A program made the position numbers and the translations under genes. Of a stretch of 64,000 nucleotides of DNA, positions 26,098 through 40,589 are shown piece by piece (the first letter of the stretch is position 1; each line of letters opens with the position of its first letter). The notes under the pieces are model-generated. The model was given only the letters and a program-made list of their open reading frames with translations. It had not been told where the DNA came from and did not search any database. The stretch is taken from assembly GCF_006345805.1 (NCBI RefSeq), contig NC_042997.1:116870001-116934000 (forward strand), read 5' to 3'. The stretch comes from Octopus sinensis (taxonomy: Eukaryota).

Positions 26098-27834
26098 AAC
26101 CTAGTGGCTATCATACAAATACTGCATTATTGTTAGATGGTAACTAAAAGCTTCCAGATATCACACTCCTGTTCCCGTTGTTACGGAATGATCGCTGGAC
26201 GACTGTATGGAATGAAGGAAATTTTGTGACACCTTAAAGCCTTTGAATGCATGTGGTCCACTTCAACCTCTACTACTTTCGGATTTCGGATATCTCTGAA
26301 ACATTTGTATAGGAGGCAGAAGGTACAAGAAATTGTTTATATTCACCCAAGGTACCGGCCCGAGTCTCCCAAGGAGTCATCTGCACCACACGCACGCGCA
26401 CACACACACACATGCAGAGATCGCACTGTTCGTAATATACTCTTTTTATCAGCTGTGGGATGAAAATCACAATTTCAGCAATTACCAATATCCTATCTTC
26501 CTGCAGTGGCGCCAAATCTTGAATCCAATCTAAGAACCGCCGCTCTATTAACGTTCCTGAGTTCAGTGTCAGCCAAAGCGGACATTGTGAAGGGGGTGGG
26601 GGCTACATACTCACGATATCTCGCCTTCACTGAAAGCATATACACATATATCTCGTATCTCATGCGATACCCTAATCCCTTAATATTTAAGGCTCTTTTC
26701 ATGTGCCCCGCCTGAAATTGTCTTCTCAAAATAACATCATTTCAACTATCAGGATACTTTTATTATAGAGTCGACCATAATACCCTTCAGCGCGCTGCTT
26801 TGTTATTTGAATATGGCTAAAGAGTACAAGTATTTTCATCAAACCCACCGGTACCATCCAGTCATTGGCACTATGTTGAAGACTAGATATCGGTCTCGCG
26901 TTGTTCTTTTTAATCATCGTTATGGAAAACAACAGAGTGAAACTTGGTGCTGATTCTCATTGCATTGACGCTGCTGCATTGTTGTTCCAGAGCATCAGCA
27001 ATGGTACTCAGTACTTGGTTATACCTATAGGCACACTGTACAAAGAATTACTTACCAGAATATTTCCACTGATGCATAATATCAACAGCAATAATAACGA
27101 GCAGTTGCAATACAGGCCGACCCTCTAATATTGGCCGGGGGCTAATACATGTCGTACACTAATTTCAAGAGGAATAACAATCTGGTTAGTTCTATTATTT
27201 TTTTTACAACATGTCGAATTTAGCTTCCTTTGTCTAGATGTCCCATCTGCTATCTCCTATACAATGAGTCTTCTAACCCTATTGCCTTTGTAGCCCGCTC
27301 CTTCTTTCAAATGTAATGAATATCCTTGGTCAGAGTATCATACTTGCTTTTCTTAATCCAGCAGGACGACAATTTGTTCCATAACTACCCCAGTATAATG
27401 TCCTTTTATGCCTCTCTCACTTTCAGGTGGTTTCTGCTCCCTCAACGGCTTTTCTCACGTATCATTTCCCTTCTGTCAACATAATTGTCTGGGTAGCACA
27501 AACATCGAGTTCCCCCGACTCCTTGGTCATTACGTAGCAGCAGGCTTTAAACAACCCACGTTAACGACAGCTGAAAGTTTCCAGTAACACTGTCCAATCT
27601 TCCTCCTGTAAAAAAAGGTGGGGGAAAACCAAGTCACTCTCACAAGAATTTAGTAGGCTGCTTTTTTTATTCTCACCACTCTTGTTGGTTATGTATCATG
27701 CACTTGGAGCGATAATAGACTCGGCAATACGCGTGTGTTGATAAAGCCACGCCTCAAACTTACCTGCTAAGTGATATGTTTCAATGATAGTGTAGATATA
27801 TGCGTGCTTATTTTTCATATAGTCAATATAAGCG

Positions 27835-28011
27835 TAAGTGTGACTGTGTGGTAATAAAAGCTTCCTTTCCAACTACATGATTCTGAATTGAGTAGTCCTA
27901 CTACATGGCACCTTGGGCAACTGTCTTCTACTATAGCATCCGGACCGACAATGCTGTGAGAGTGAATTTGGTTGACGGAAACTGAAAGAAGCCCGGCTTG
28001 AGTGTGTATAA

Positions 28012-28044
<33 letters not shown>

Positions 28045-28065
28045 GTGTGTGTGTGTGTGTGTGTG

Positions 28066-28097
<32 letters not shown>

Positions 28098-28220
28098 CTT
28101 TGTTTTTCTCTTTCTCCTCCACAACCGCTTGACAAGCAGTCTTGGTATGTTTACGTTTCTGTAACTTAGTGCTTCGGCATATAAAATTGATGGACTAAGT
28201 GAGAGTTTTTAAAAATAAGT
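27835..28220 (+). mobile_element. SINE family B, diverged
   Basis: ggcaccttgggcaactgtcttctactatagc..gacggaaactgaaagaagccc followed by (TG)n. Confidence 0.8.
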
Positions 28221-28718
28221 ATTGGGACAGGTTTTTTTAAAAATAAATACATGGAAGCGCATGGCTGCAGTACAGTAACTGCAAAACATGAAAAATAAAA
28301 GACAATGGTATGGATTTATTTGCTGTGCATATTTATGAAAATGTTGGTGCAGCTGTAAATATCTACGTAAATATAAAATGCAAAAACGTACTTGAAATGT
28401 TGACATATGTTGGTTGAATACATGATTTGTATCCGGGTTCTGTGAATAGCCCTAAGGTCGATAGCATGAAAAGCATATTTCTATTGATACCTGCGATGCC
28501 TCAAGTGTCGCAGATCAGTATCGCATCACCTGAAAAGGCAGAATTTATTCTCAATAAGATAAAAAAAAAAGAAAATATACAAACATAAGATCATGGTAAC
28601 ATGAAATAATGACAAAATTAGAACTTGGATACGTTAAGCCAAATATTTGATAATACTAAGTATACAAGATATTCAGTTTTTAAAGAGACAACAGATAACT
28701 GTTTATTATGTGAATATA

Positions 28719-28756
<38 letters not shown>

Positions 28757-28757
<1 letters not shown>

Positions 28758-29052
28758 ATACATGGCTTAGAGGTTGGGGAATTGCACTCACAACCGCGTG
28801 ATCGTGGTTTCAATTCCTAGATCGGGTGGCCCGTTGTGTTCTTGAGCAAAACACTTCATCTCGCTTTGTTCTGCGATCACTTCAACACTTGACGTGTGGT
28901 TCACCGTGCACCTGTTCAGACAACGTAGATTTGATGGAGAGATTGAGCTCATGTGCTACACATACATTTGATCATTACAAACAAATTATTTGTGCAGGTC
29001 ATTCGGAAAAATAGCTGAACACTCTTACGTCGCATTCGACAGAAGAGTCCAT
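28757..29052 (+). mobile_element. tRNA-headed SINE (family C-related head, different tail)
   Basis: tggcttagaggtt..gtggtttcaattcctagatcggg..gttgtgttcttgagcaaaacact. Confidence 0.7.
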
Positions 29053-29098
29053 CTTCATATACATATCTGCGTTTGCGTATATATATATGTCCTGTACT

Positions 29099-29099
<1 letters not shown>

Positions 29100-29153
<54 letters not shown>

Positions 29154-29855
29154 TTGTATATATACATGTAGATGTAAGTATGTACATATATGTATGTATA
29201 TATGCATATATTTTATTTATTTATTATATTGTTATATATATATATGTGTGTATGTATATATATGAATGTGTGTATATATATATATATGAATGTGTCTATA
29301 TGTATATATATATATGAATGTGTGTATATGTATATATATATATGAATGTGTGTATATGTATATATATATATGAATGTGTGTATATGTATATATATATGAA
29401 TGTGTGTATATGTATACATATATGAATGTGTGTATATGTATATATATATATGAATGTGTGTATATGTATATATATATGAATATGTGTATATGTATATATA
29501 TATGAATGTGTGTAGATGTATATGTATATATGAATGTGTGCATAAGTATATATATATATGAATGTGTGTATATGTATATATATGAATGTGTGTGTAAGTA
29601 TATATATATGAATGTGTGTGTATATATGTATATGTATGAATGTGTATATATATATATGTATGAATGTGTGTATATATATATATGAATGTGTGTGTATATA
29701 TATATACATATATGAATGTGTGTGTGTATATATATATATACATATATGAATGTGTGTATATGTATATATGAATGTGAGTGTATATATGTTTGTATATATG
29801 CTGTATGTATATATAACATATATATATATATATATATATAATATATATATATATA
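29100..29855. repeat. (TA)n plus higher-order ~26-30 bp minisatellite (ATATATATGAATGTGTGTATATGT)
   Basis: Recurring tatgaatgtgtg anchor separated by variable TA runs. Confidence 0.95.
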
Positions 29856-30729
29856 GTCATATGATTGCGTGTGTATATGCGTATATGTACGCATATAGTT
29901 TGAGGGTACAAACAAGAACTTGTGTTCTCGTTATATTATAATATTCAATCTTTTTCAAGCTGCTTATAAATTCCAACGCTACACCGAGGTGCTTATTGTG
30001 CTCGCTCCTTCGGACAATAAGATGTTTGTATATGTGTGATTGCGTGCAATGCATCTGCCAATATACACAGGCATATTTGTAAGCTTTTGTATGCTGGAGG
30101 CAAAACTGAGAGATCTGTACTTAGAACACGTTTTGAGAATAGAAAACACCGTCGTGTAATTTCGTACATTGGAACATACTCTTGTTGAAAGATTGAAATA
30201 TTTGGTGTTGGTGTAAGTGCTGACCCTGGATAACAATGTCCAAGGATCGAGTTACGCTATTAACATCCGTCACATTGGCAGGCAGAAGTAATAGTAAAGG
30301 TCGTTTAGGCCCAAATTTGATCCTAGTTAAGATGTATCATAAAGAAACGGATTTCCAATCATGAGAATCTCAATTTTTTTAGGCAATGTGTAATCTTGAC
30401 AGCATTATTCAACATATCCTTCCTACATTTAAGCATGCAGAGTGTGATTTGACTGTTATTTCAGGCAGACCGACTAAAACTGTAAAGGCTTTTGTTTTGT
30501 TGAATCTGTAGTGAAACATATTGAATTTAAAATATAGCTTCGTTGAGATCTTTTTAGTTTGCAATATGGATGTGAAAAGAAAACGGGTAACAAATGCCGT
30601 TTCTCGATCAGTTGCAGTGTAGCTTAGGTGCCGTGTTCAGTAATGCTTCTGAAAATTTAGGAAATACCCTCTTGGCAAGAAACCGGAAGCCTCGAATACA
30701 ATGTAGTACCGTGTATCGACCAGACTATC

Positions 30730-31000
30730 CGTTGTTGTTGTTATATACGGCTAGTCACAATACGCTTCCTCGTATTCTTGTAGCTTTCGCGTGATGCTAC
30801 CCCGCTGGCTAGACGGGTAGGTTAACACTCCTTCCGCTGAACTGGACACCAATCCGCCGTAGGGTTACACACTTACAGCTGGGTGGGCCGGAGCAACGTG
30901 AAATTGCGTGTTTTGCTCAAGAATACAATGCACTGCCGGTCTGGGAATTGAAATTACGACCTCATGCTCGTGACTGCAACACACTAACCACTAGGACACT
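30730..31000 (-). mobile_element. tRNA-headed SINE with (CAA)n tail
   Basis: Minus-strand head cctagtggttagtgtgttgcagtcacgag..ttcaattcccagaccgg, then ttcttgagcaaaacac. Ends in a caacaac tail. Confidence 0.7.
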
Positions 31001-31879
31001 ATAGCCGCGTGGTGTACGAAAACACATTACTTTTCTACAGAATGCAGTTATCACAGTACTCTGCAAACAACTTCCCGTTGGTAGTAATGGGTGATTTTTT
31101 TCTCTATGTTATAAGCATTTTCTTTCTTTTTTTAATTAATAGCTGCAGCGTAATTACGAGTGGATTCTTTTCTGGAGTTCATTAATTTATGATGTGTGGA
31201 AAATGTGAAGGAAAATAGTTAGGTCGATGGTATCGGTCATTTCGACAATTGTTTGGATGGGTCAGTAGTGAAGTCCACAGTGGTCTACAGGGCATAGCAG
31301 AAATCAAAGATATTTAAGTCTAAGAGTAGGGTTTCTGTATGATAAGGTCCTTGCATTGGGATTTGTTTTTATAGCTGTTAATGTTTTATTGCAGTCATTT
31401 TATCGTTGCAGCGGCTGCTTTTACCGTGTTTTTTTCTCGAATTTGACTTTATGTGGGCTTCTGAGTCACAGATGAATTATAGCTATCACTTCCTCCCACT
31501 GGCTTCCTGATATTTGACAACTCCCCAGCACTTATGCGCTACGATTCCGATGTAATTTTATAGTGTTCTCAAAACATGTAACTCTTAGACCATTTCAGAA
31601 CCACTTGATCAACAACCTATACTACATTTTGTTTTCTCTATGTCACTACCATATAGAAGAAAAGACGTTTTAAAAGCAATACTTTGAAAGTAATTTGTAA
31701 ATTAACTTTTAAGCAAATCATCAGCATTTCAATTCATTCATGGAAAATTCTTTGGTCAAGTCGTGTGGAAGTATCGCCGCTCCTTTCCTTTATATAACTT
31801 CGTTGCCTCTAATCCATAACAATGACATCGAATGTAATCCAATTCGTACGTGACTAATCCAATGATGTTCGATAAAGTG

Positions 31880-32175
31880 CTGTCTTGTTTGAGCTACTAC
31901 TGCTGTTAGCGCTCGTAAGAAACAGCAGTTTCTGTTGTTGCTGCCGTTCTTACTGTTATTGACGCCACTGTTATTGATGCTGTTGTTATTGTCAACTATG
32001 TTGTAACTACTCAGGCAATTGTTGTTGCTATTATTGGCGTTGCTGATATTGACGTTTCTCCACCTGATGACAGTGACTATACAATTGCTGCAGGTAGCAG
32101 TTCTCGCTAGTGCGAGCTTCTGGTACAAAAACTGCTGCTGTTGACGATGATGTTGTTTTTGCTGTTGTTGTTTGA
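31880..32175. repeat. Degenerate (TTG/CTG)n trinucleotide low-complexity tract
   Basis: Accounts for the N/Q-rich ORF 31790-32308. Confidence 0.8.
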
Positions 32176-33344
32176 CCACAGAACAACTCTGATAGAGCTT
32201 GACATATGATAAGAAAGCATTACAGCCATGACCATCCCGCCTTTCATTTTCATGTAGGACTACATTGAATAATATGCCCTTTCTTTTCTGAAAACAATGA
32301 GGTTTCATTTGAGGGAGATTTAGCTAAAATTTCTTGCAGACTGAGAGACTATGGAAATGTCTATCATTAATTCGAAAAAAGAGATGCTAATACCATTTGT
32401 GTTGTTGTTATTGTTGTCGCCCGTTTAATACGGCTGCTATACATAATGTTACAAACATTGTCATTACTCTAGTGATTACTAGTATTTAATAAAAGACACC
32501 CTAGTCCAAAGTCAAACTAGATTGACACTGACTGCTGTGAGCAATGCTATAGAGATTTCTGGTTTAGTCCATTTATTAATATGGTTCTGTTGAAATACAC
32601 TGCCTTTATTGCAATTAATTTTGAAATAACGAAGAATTTAGTAAAATAATTTTGTCGTTAAGCTGGTGTTTAAAACATGAATTAACACGAAATATTGATT
32701 GAAAGTTTTAATTTAGGTCACTCTAAAACAAGAACTTTGTATCATAGAACTAGAGGCAGTCACACGCGAATTCATATTAAAAGAGATGAAGCGATATCGG
32801 ATATATTGTTCCTCTTTCAATGAGTAAGACTATACTCGTTGATCTCCTCTCAGCCTGTCTTCATTAATCTTCCGTACAACAACGTTCTTTCTATTTGATT
32901 TATTGACAAGGTTGTGTCAAAACTGACATTACTTTTAAATGATATTCTTACGTACAAGAAATTACTTTAGATGAACTACCACTCATATTTTCCGTGCCAA
33001 TATAGAATGATACAAAGCTTTCTTCAGTAAAAGGCCCTCATAAAAATAATGATTTCTAAGTCACAATTTTCCAGTTAATGTATATATGATTAAACCTGGA
33101 CTAATACTTGACCTCAGAGGGATGAAAGGAAAAGTAGATTTCAAAAAGATTTGAATGCAATAATACTAACAATGGTAGCAATAATATGTTGGTAAAGAAA
33201 TTACTAATTTCTACTTTAATTAGCTATACAGGTTTAAAATAAATAAGAGAAATATTTACAAAAGAGAAACAAAAGATATTAGAGCAACAGAAAGTGGTGT
33301 GATAAATAATGCTTTTAAATAGGTGATAAAAGCAAATGAAATAT

Positions 33345-33515
33345 ATTGGTTACAGATTTTGACACAAGGCCCGTATTCAACTGGTACTTATGATATCGAC
33401 CTCTAAAGGATGAAAACCAAAGCTCACCGCTGTAGAATTTGAACTCAGAACGTTAAGACGGACGAAATGCCGCCAGGCATTTTTTCTGGCGTGCTACCAA
33501 TTCTGCCAACTCGCC
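33345..33515 (-). mobile_element. SINE family A, diverged
   Basis: actggtactta..aaaggatgaaa..gaatttgaactcagaacg..tctgccaactcgcc. Confidence 0.75.
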
Positions 33516-34699
33516 CACTTAAACAAATGAGATATGTGCCAGGTGTTATGTATCACTGATTATTTGTAAGTTTCTCATTCACACATCAAAACAAAATCAA
33601 ATTATGCACAAATACATGAGAACAATAAACCAAACAATGACTGAACCTCTTACGTTTATGTTCGACCAGCTAGAAATAGAAGCCAAATCTCCTCCAAATA
33701 ATTTATCTTCTTAAATAAGTTTAATGTGGTCCCTATTTACCTACAAATAGAGTAATCCTGATCGTTGTTGGTGTAATACATTCCATCTTAGGATTCAATA
33801 AGGGCTGACTTTGGACCAAACGGCAAAAATAGATAAATGTGTTAATTAAATTTTAGCTGTTCACATTAGTTCCTGTTTTGTTGAATTTATAATTGATTAA
33901 ATTAATGACAACATTCAGAAATAAACCAGAAGAAAATTGTATGAAAACGTCCAATAAAATTTATGAAGGATACTGCACGTAATCGAATGTGCTATTATGG
34001 TACAGTGTTACTGTAAGCTGTCGTTTTTCACAAGCAAATATAAAGTTATTGACTTCCTTATTTTGCCTTCTGTTTCATTTCTTTAGATATTCTTGAAAGT
34101 TAACAGATATATAAATAAAACAAAATGCTACATTGCTGATGGATTAATTTACTTACTCGTGTGTTCTTCACACAAAGACACACATTGTAACATACACACA
34201 TGCATGAGTTTTCCAATTATAGATTTAAATATATTCAGAAACAAACCCAACGTGTATATAGCATGCAATGCTGTGTTTTTTCCCGATATATAAAAATAAT
34301 TTTAATATAGAGCTCCATTCTACCCCAAAATAGTAACAAATAGACATATATAAATACATCTCCAGTTATGCAATTGAATATTTGGCGAACAACGCAGTAT
34401 ATGCTAGTAAATATTAAGGTAAATATCTGGTGAAATTTTCTGATTAATATTTTGTACGTGTATTGTACACTGCAGATACCAAAGTGGACGGCATGCCTTT
34501 ATATAAAGTCAGTAGTTCACATATCCGAGGAAGAAGCATGCTTCAAAGCATTAGAGCATTAATATATATCTAAGAAGTAATAAATGTCATGGCCAGTCCT
34601 AAAGTGACCATGGACTTCGTACCCATAAAGCGCTTAGCAGTATAGACGATTCCGTAGACCCAAATGGCCGAAGGTGCATAACCTCTCTACAACTGGAGG

Positions 34700-36566
34700 A
34701 AGAAATTCGTTACGGCCAGTTAGTTTTGAACGTTTGTTGTTCCATGTAGAAGTTCAATGACTGTCAAAGGGAAAAATCCTGAAGGTTTCTATTCCATTTT
34801 TAAAAGAAGTCGAACTCCCTCAAGGCTCTAATTCTATTCGTTGTGACTATCTACGAAATATCAAGAATGACATTGCTTATATGGCAGATATATTCACAAA
34901 GTACAATAAACTTAATTTGCAGCTGCAAGGAAATGAGTTTAAGCCTTATCAAGATAACATTGGTCTTCTCCTTATCTCTGTTCAATGTACAGTTATTGAA
35001 ATTTAACATACGCTATCGTGACTGCTTCCAGTTTCTGAATTGATTTAAAGTGGAGAAGGAGAAGCGCATACCAGATGACATTCAAGTGTCTCGTAGCAAC
35101 TTGATGAGCTGCAGAGATTGTGTCTAACAGATTTCAAGATATTTATTTTTGCTTAAAATACCAGTCTGGATGATACATAGATATCAGCAATGACGAAACA
35201 AAAATTGTAGAAGAATAAATGATTTCACTTTAAAATCAAATTCAGCAAAAGCCGAAGTTCAAAAAACCAAATCAGAGTTTTTTTTATTGCAAAAAGACTT
35301 TTCTGTCTGCTGTCCTGCACTGTGGAATAAAGCCAAGATGTACTTAATTGCCATCTCACCATGATATTTAGTAGAGCAGACCTTCAGTGCAGCTACCCAA
35401 CCACTTTCTAAGACTGAAAATTATTGAACGCGTGGATGTAAGCTTGATGTCAAAAAAACTGATCCCTGTGTCAAGTACATCAATTGTATTATAAAGGGTG
35501 TCCCAAAAGCCACTGATGGGTTTCAATTTTAATTACTTCCATAACTTTATAAATAAATGCATGAAATTTTGATACAATATAAAGGATATAATGGAAATTA
35601 ATATGCACAAGTCAAATTTTGCAACACCACCATATCACATATAAAAAATGACATCGATTAAATGCCAGCCATTTTCGGCTTCGCACGCCCGTGCTCTTTC
35701 CAAAACTTGCACCATAACACCCTGAAGAGTTTCAGATGACACCTCTCTGATTTATCTTTTGATGTTCTCCTTCAGTTGCACCAGGGTCTCCGGTTTGTTG
35801 ACGTAAAAACTCTCTTTCGGGTATCCCTACAGAAAAAATTCCGGGCTAGTCAAGTCTGGGGAACGTGAAGGCCAGTTGACATTGCCGTTGTGGGAGATTA
35901 TTTTCTCTCCTAAGCACTGTCGTAGCAACTGCATTGTTTCTCTTGTGGTATGAACAGTTGCTCCAACTTGCTGGAACCATGTATGAGGTCTACTTTGAAT
36001 GACCGGGTTCAAAAATGTCTCAATCATGGATTTACTTCAACAACCAGGATACCCTGGTGCAACTGAAGGAGAACATCAAAAGAGAAATCAGAAAAGTGGG
36101 GTCTGAAACTCTTGAGGGTATTATGGTGCAAGTTTTGGAAAGGGCACGGGTGTGCAAAGCCAAAGATGGCTGCCATTTAAGTGATTTAGTGGTGTTGCAA
36201 AATATACAGGATGTAGTGGTATTGCAAAATTTGGCTAGTGCACTTAATTTCCATTATGATCTTTATATTATATCAAAATTTCATGCATTTAGTTGTAAAG
36301 TTAAGGAAGTTATTAAAAATGCAAACCCATCAGTGGGACACCCTGTAGATATAAAAGCGACATAACAACAGGTGCATTGTATATTTACACTTCCATATTG
36401 TACACGCAACAACATAATGGGTTAACCAGGTTAAGTCATATTTGTGATCAGAGTCGTTTTGAAAGTGCAGTGAAAAGAGGTCTCTGTTTGAGGCCGGAGG
36501 GTGCGTATTAAGCGTGTGACCTGAGAGACAAAGGGGCAGTAGTTAAAAAGCGTTTCAGAACCACTG
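34700..36566 (+). mobile_element. Decayed hAT (Buster/Charlie-type) transposon, 3' part
   Basis: FERLLFHVEVQ*LSKG, DIAYMADIFTKYNKLNLQLQGN and LWNKAKMYLIAISP*YLVEQTFSA. Right end gtttcagaaccactg (CAGTGGTT-type TIR) is followed by ctttagat (NNNTANNN target pattern). Confidence 0.8.
35494..36345 (-). mobile_element. Tc1/mariner DD41D (rosa-like) derivative built from two inverted 3' ends, nested in the hAT element
   Basis: TA-flanked ends agggtgtccca / tgggacaccctg. WFQQVGAT...WPSRSPDLTSPEFFL has 41 residues between the 2nd and 3rd catalytic positions. Inverted arms are ~310 bp. Confidence 0.85.
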
Positions 36567-36919
36567 CTTTAGATAGTGAGAGTAGTGTGCTATAAAAAGC
36601 AAGGAAGAATATAGAAGTGATAGGGTAAAATATGATATTGAACACGAATGGTTTGGCTTTAAATAGAAAGATAACAAATCACTAAAAATGCTGACGAAGA
36701 TAAATGTAAAATAGAAATGGTAAACTATTACACAAAACAATCAGACAAACAGTTCATGCTCCAAGTAAACAGTCAGTAATAACAGAAGATATTATGTTGA
36801 CTCTGCAATCAAAACTGACATTTTTATTCAGTTCATGTTGGGCACGTTAAGTATATATGTGTATACAGCCCTGCAAAGGCAATTAACAAGTGTGTGTATG
36901 GGCGTGACTCAGTGAGTAT

Positions 36920-37298
36920 AGGCGCGGGCATGGCTGAGTTGTAAGAAGCTTACTTCCCAACCACATGATCCCGAGTGCAGTCCCACTGCATTTCACTTGA
37001 GCAAGTGTCTTCTTCTATAGCCTCAGGCTGACCAGAACCTTGTGAGTGAATTTAGTAAAGGGAAACTGAAAGAAGCCTGTCGTATATATAGATGTATATA
37101 TTTATGTGTATGTGTGTGTTTGTCACACCGCCATAACTTGACAACGGATGTTAGTGTCTTTGCGTCCACGAAACTCTGGCTAATCGTTGATAGAATAAGT
37201 ACTTGATTTACAAAAAATAAGTCCTGGGGTCGAATTCTTCGACTAAAGGGAGTGCTTCAGCATGGCCGCAGTTAAATGACTGAAACATATGAAAGAAT
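36920..37298 (+). mobile_element. SINE family B, full length
   Basis: Head through tail cagcatggccgcagttaaatgactgaaac. Confidence 0.9.
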
Positions 37299-37654
37299 AT
37301 GAGTGTGTGTGTGTGTGATTATGTACCTCTTGAAAAGATTATAAGGTATGACTGAACATGATCCTTTAAGGCAATACACTTTTATTTGTTGGTACATTTT
37401 AGCTTTTGAGAGGTAGACTGAAAACGAGTACCGACACTACATCGCCTGACAGTTCAGTGCCTACAATTCAGCGCTAGATATTGCAGCGCATAGACAATTT
37501 ATAGCATAGACAATTCAGAGCATGTAAGATATATATATATTATATATATATAATTTATTATTACCTTATATTGGTGTTGATTGTATATCCAAAACACATG
37601 CAACCTACAAACACACAAGTCATAGAATAGATTAACTATGCATGTATGTATGTA

Positions 37655-38275
37655 TTGGTTGTCAAGCGATGTTGGGGGTACAAACACAGACATAAGAACA
37701 TATACGCACTGGCTGTGTGGTAAGTAGCTTGTTTACCAACCACATGGTTCCGGGTTCAGTCCAACTGCGTGGCACCTTGGGCAAGTGTCTTCTACTATAG
37801 CCTCGGGCCGACCAAAGCCTTGTGAGTGGATTTGGCAGACGGAAACTGACAGAAGCCCGTCGTATATATGTATATATATATATATATGCGCGTGTGTGTT
37901 CGTGTGTCTGTCCCCCTAGCATTGCTTGACAACCGATGCTGGTGTGTTTATGTCCCCGTTACTTAGCGGTTCGGCAAAAGAGACCGATAAAATAAGTACT
38001 AGGCTTACAAAAGAATAAGTCCCGGCGTCGATTTGCTCGATTAAAGGCGATGCTCCAGCATGGCCGCAGTCAAATGACAAACAAGTAAAAGATAAAAGAG
38101 ACACATATATAAGACGGGCTTCTTTCGGTTTCCGCCTACCAAATCCACTCACAAGGCTTTGGTCAGCCCAAGGCTATAGTAGAAGACACTTGCTCAAGGT
38201 GCCACGCAGTGGGACTGAATCCGGAACCATGTGGTTGGTAAGCAGGCTACTTACCACACACCCACTCTTGCGTCT
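37655..38275. mobile_element. SINE family B (+, 37706-38100) inserted into a minus-strand family-B copy
   Basis: Minus-strand pieces at 37655-37695 and 38100-38275 flank a complete plus-strand copy. Confidence 0.85.
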
Positions 38276-39196
38276 TTGGGCATTTATATATGTATGTCTG
38301 TAAAATGTCGTTGCAAGAAAGATTTCATAGAAACTCTGGGATATCCTGCGCTGAATTGCTCTGAATTGTCGGCGCCACGGAAAACTTTACTCTGTAAAGT
38401 TATCCAGCAATATTTGTATTGCTTTCCTTGTAACTGGCACGAACTGATAAGAGTTTGGGATCAATCCGTTACTGTTAAAGGATTCTGGATTGTTTTTCCT
38501 GTTTTTTTTTTACTCAACTTTTAGTATTTTTTTTTACTCAACTTTTAATATTTTTTAAAAATTAATTTTTAGTATTCTCGTTTGTGAGAGCAGTCGAGTA
38601 TATTTCAGATATTCTCATTTTAAAAATCATATCTGGCTAATCGTTGAGAAGACGTTGGTGTTGCCTTGGCGGAGGTGCTCTTGTTTACATTCACTTTCTA
38701 AAAAGACAAAATGCTACAAGCTGTCCTAATTTAGTAGTTACAAAACTTTTGTTTAATAGACTCATAAATTCAAAATGATCGCATGAGTCTCATGAAAACT
38801 TCACTGTTGCATTAAAGAAAAATAGGTAATTAAATATTAAAGTAACAGCTGTCATAACATCACAATATTAAAAAAATTAAATTGGTTACTGCTGCGTCAG
38901 GGCCGTTTTTGAGAGTAACCTGAAACTATTGATATTAAGGCGCTATTGAGGCTGTTCTAAGCAGCAGGAGTTTTCCTGAAGTAAACACTGTTTGCATTTA
39001 ACAAAGAGATTTCTTGATAATTTTGCCTGAAGAAATAAGAAATAAGATATCGATTCTCTTATTTCTCGTAAACTATTGCATTATAGACACAGGCATTCCT
39101 ACCTCACATATTGTCACGTGGACATACTAAGACACACGTACACATACAATGCAAGTCCACATGTTCATATTTTCTTTCATTTAATTGCATTTCACA

Positions 39197-39256
<60 letters not shown>

Positions 39257-40589
39257 TTGTGTCTGTGTTTGTGTCTGTGTGTGTGTGTGCGTGTGCGCTC
39301 GTTTTATGGAAAGACTTAACAGTTACTCGGAGTTCCACGTAGCCCATCATCATGTAGTCGTGAGTTTTAGAAAAATGTAAAGGTTTATAACTATGAATAA
39401 ATATTCCTTTAATGCAGACATGCATAAGATTTGTCTGTAGGTTGTTTCTAATTTACTTGGTGGGTAATTTAATTCAATATTGAACGGTATTCTTACTTTT
39501 TAAAGGTTGAAATTTTAAAGTAGTAAATCTTTAAAACTATAAAATAATGTTTACACTTGTGTATGTTAAAATAGAAATTTGTATGAAAAATGAATTCAAC
39601 CAGTCAAATTCTTTATCAGTATTGATTTCATCCCTCATAAATTTTATGTACATGTGCTTAAAATAACAAGTGCTAACCAAAGAGGAAAAAGAAGAAAAAA
39701 ATGTAAAACTTTGTTTGGGGCAGCTTACATGTAAATATAAAAATTTAAAAGGTGTAAGTCTTACTGAATGTCATTTTAAATTATAAAATAAGTAATTTAG
39801 AACCAAGCTTGTACATCTATTTGTATGTTGCTACGTAAATATTAAAAATCATATTTCGCTGAGAGTAAGCGAATGACGTCGCCTCTCCATAGCATATAAG
39901 TACAGGTATGTATGTATGGTGTATGAATATATAATGATGGAACAAACTTTCTATTTTTTTATCCTTTCATATGATATATATCTGTCATATTGTCATCCAT
40001 AAAAATATATTTTGCGTAAGATGGGCGAGTTTCTTTCTCAGAGCAGTCCTTATGACGACTTGGATCAATAATTTGAAAATCTTAGCCTCGTAGATCATTA
40101 GCTCATCGAGTAGAAAGCCTTGTTTTATTTTTTTAACTCGGCGCTCTACAGTCTTATTTCAACAACGACTTTGTCATTTCTTCGATAGAAAAAGCGTTAA
40201 TCCAATGCAATGGATTGGTAGAAATGTCAGAATATCAAACATGTTACCCTGTGGTATTTGTTGTTTTCGTACGCTGTTCTGAGTTCAAATCTTGCCGCAG
40301 CTGACTTATATGTTAGATCTAGTTTATTGCTCGGTTTAACATCACAACACCAGACACCTTTCGCATCATTAAAGATGACCATTCTGATACAACCATCCAG
40401 ACCAGGCCTTCGGTTTGAGAACACCTCCCTCTGTCCATGCCGTCCACTAGTCTCGGAGGTCTAATGACGGATCCTGGGTACTCCCATCTTTCAGGAGAAA
40501 TAGAAATGAAATCGAATAGTACGAGCAAGTACAATTTCATTTCGAAAGTTCCAAATTTGTTCCAATTGTAGTTTACTTGAAATATTCTT

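Noticed and set aside
29213-29915. Long Y/I/H/T ORFs (also 43194-43721, 51147-51474, 60067-60486)
   Set aside because: Stop-free frames of TA/TG microsatellites.
31790-32308. 172-aa Q/N-rich ORF
   Set aside because: Degenerate trinucleotide tract with no domain or splice evidence; start is non-ATG.
34081-34088. ctttagat matching the 8 bp after the hAT right end (candidate TSD)
   Set aside because: Not followed by a CAGTGGTT-like left TIR; likely chance in AT-rich DNA.
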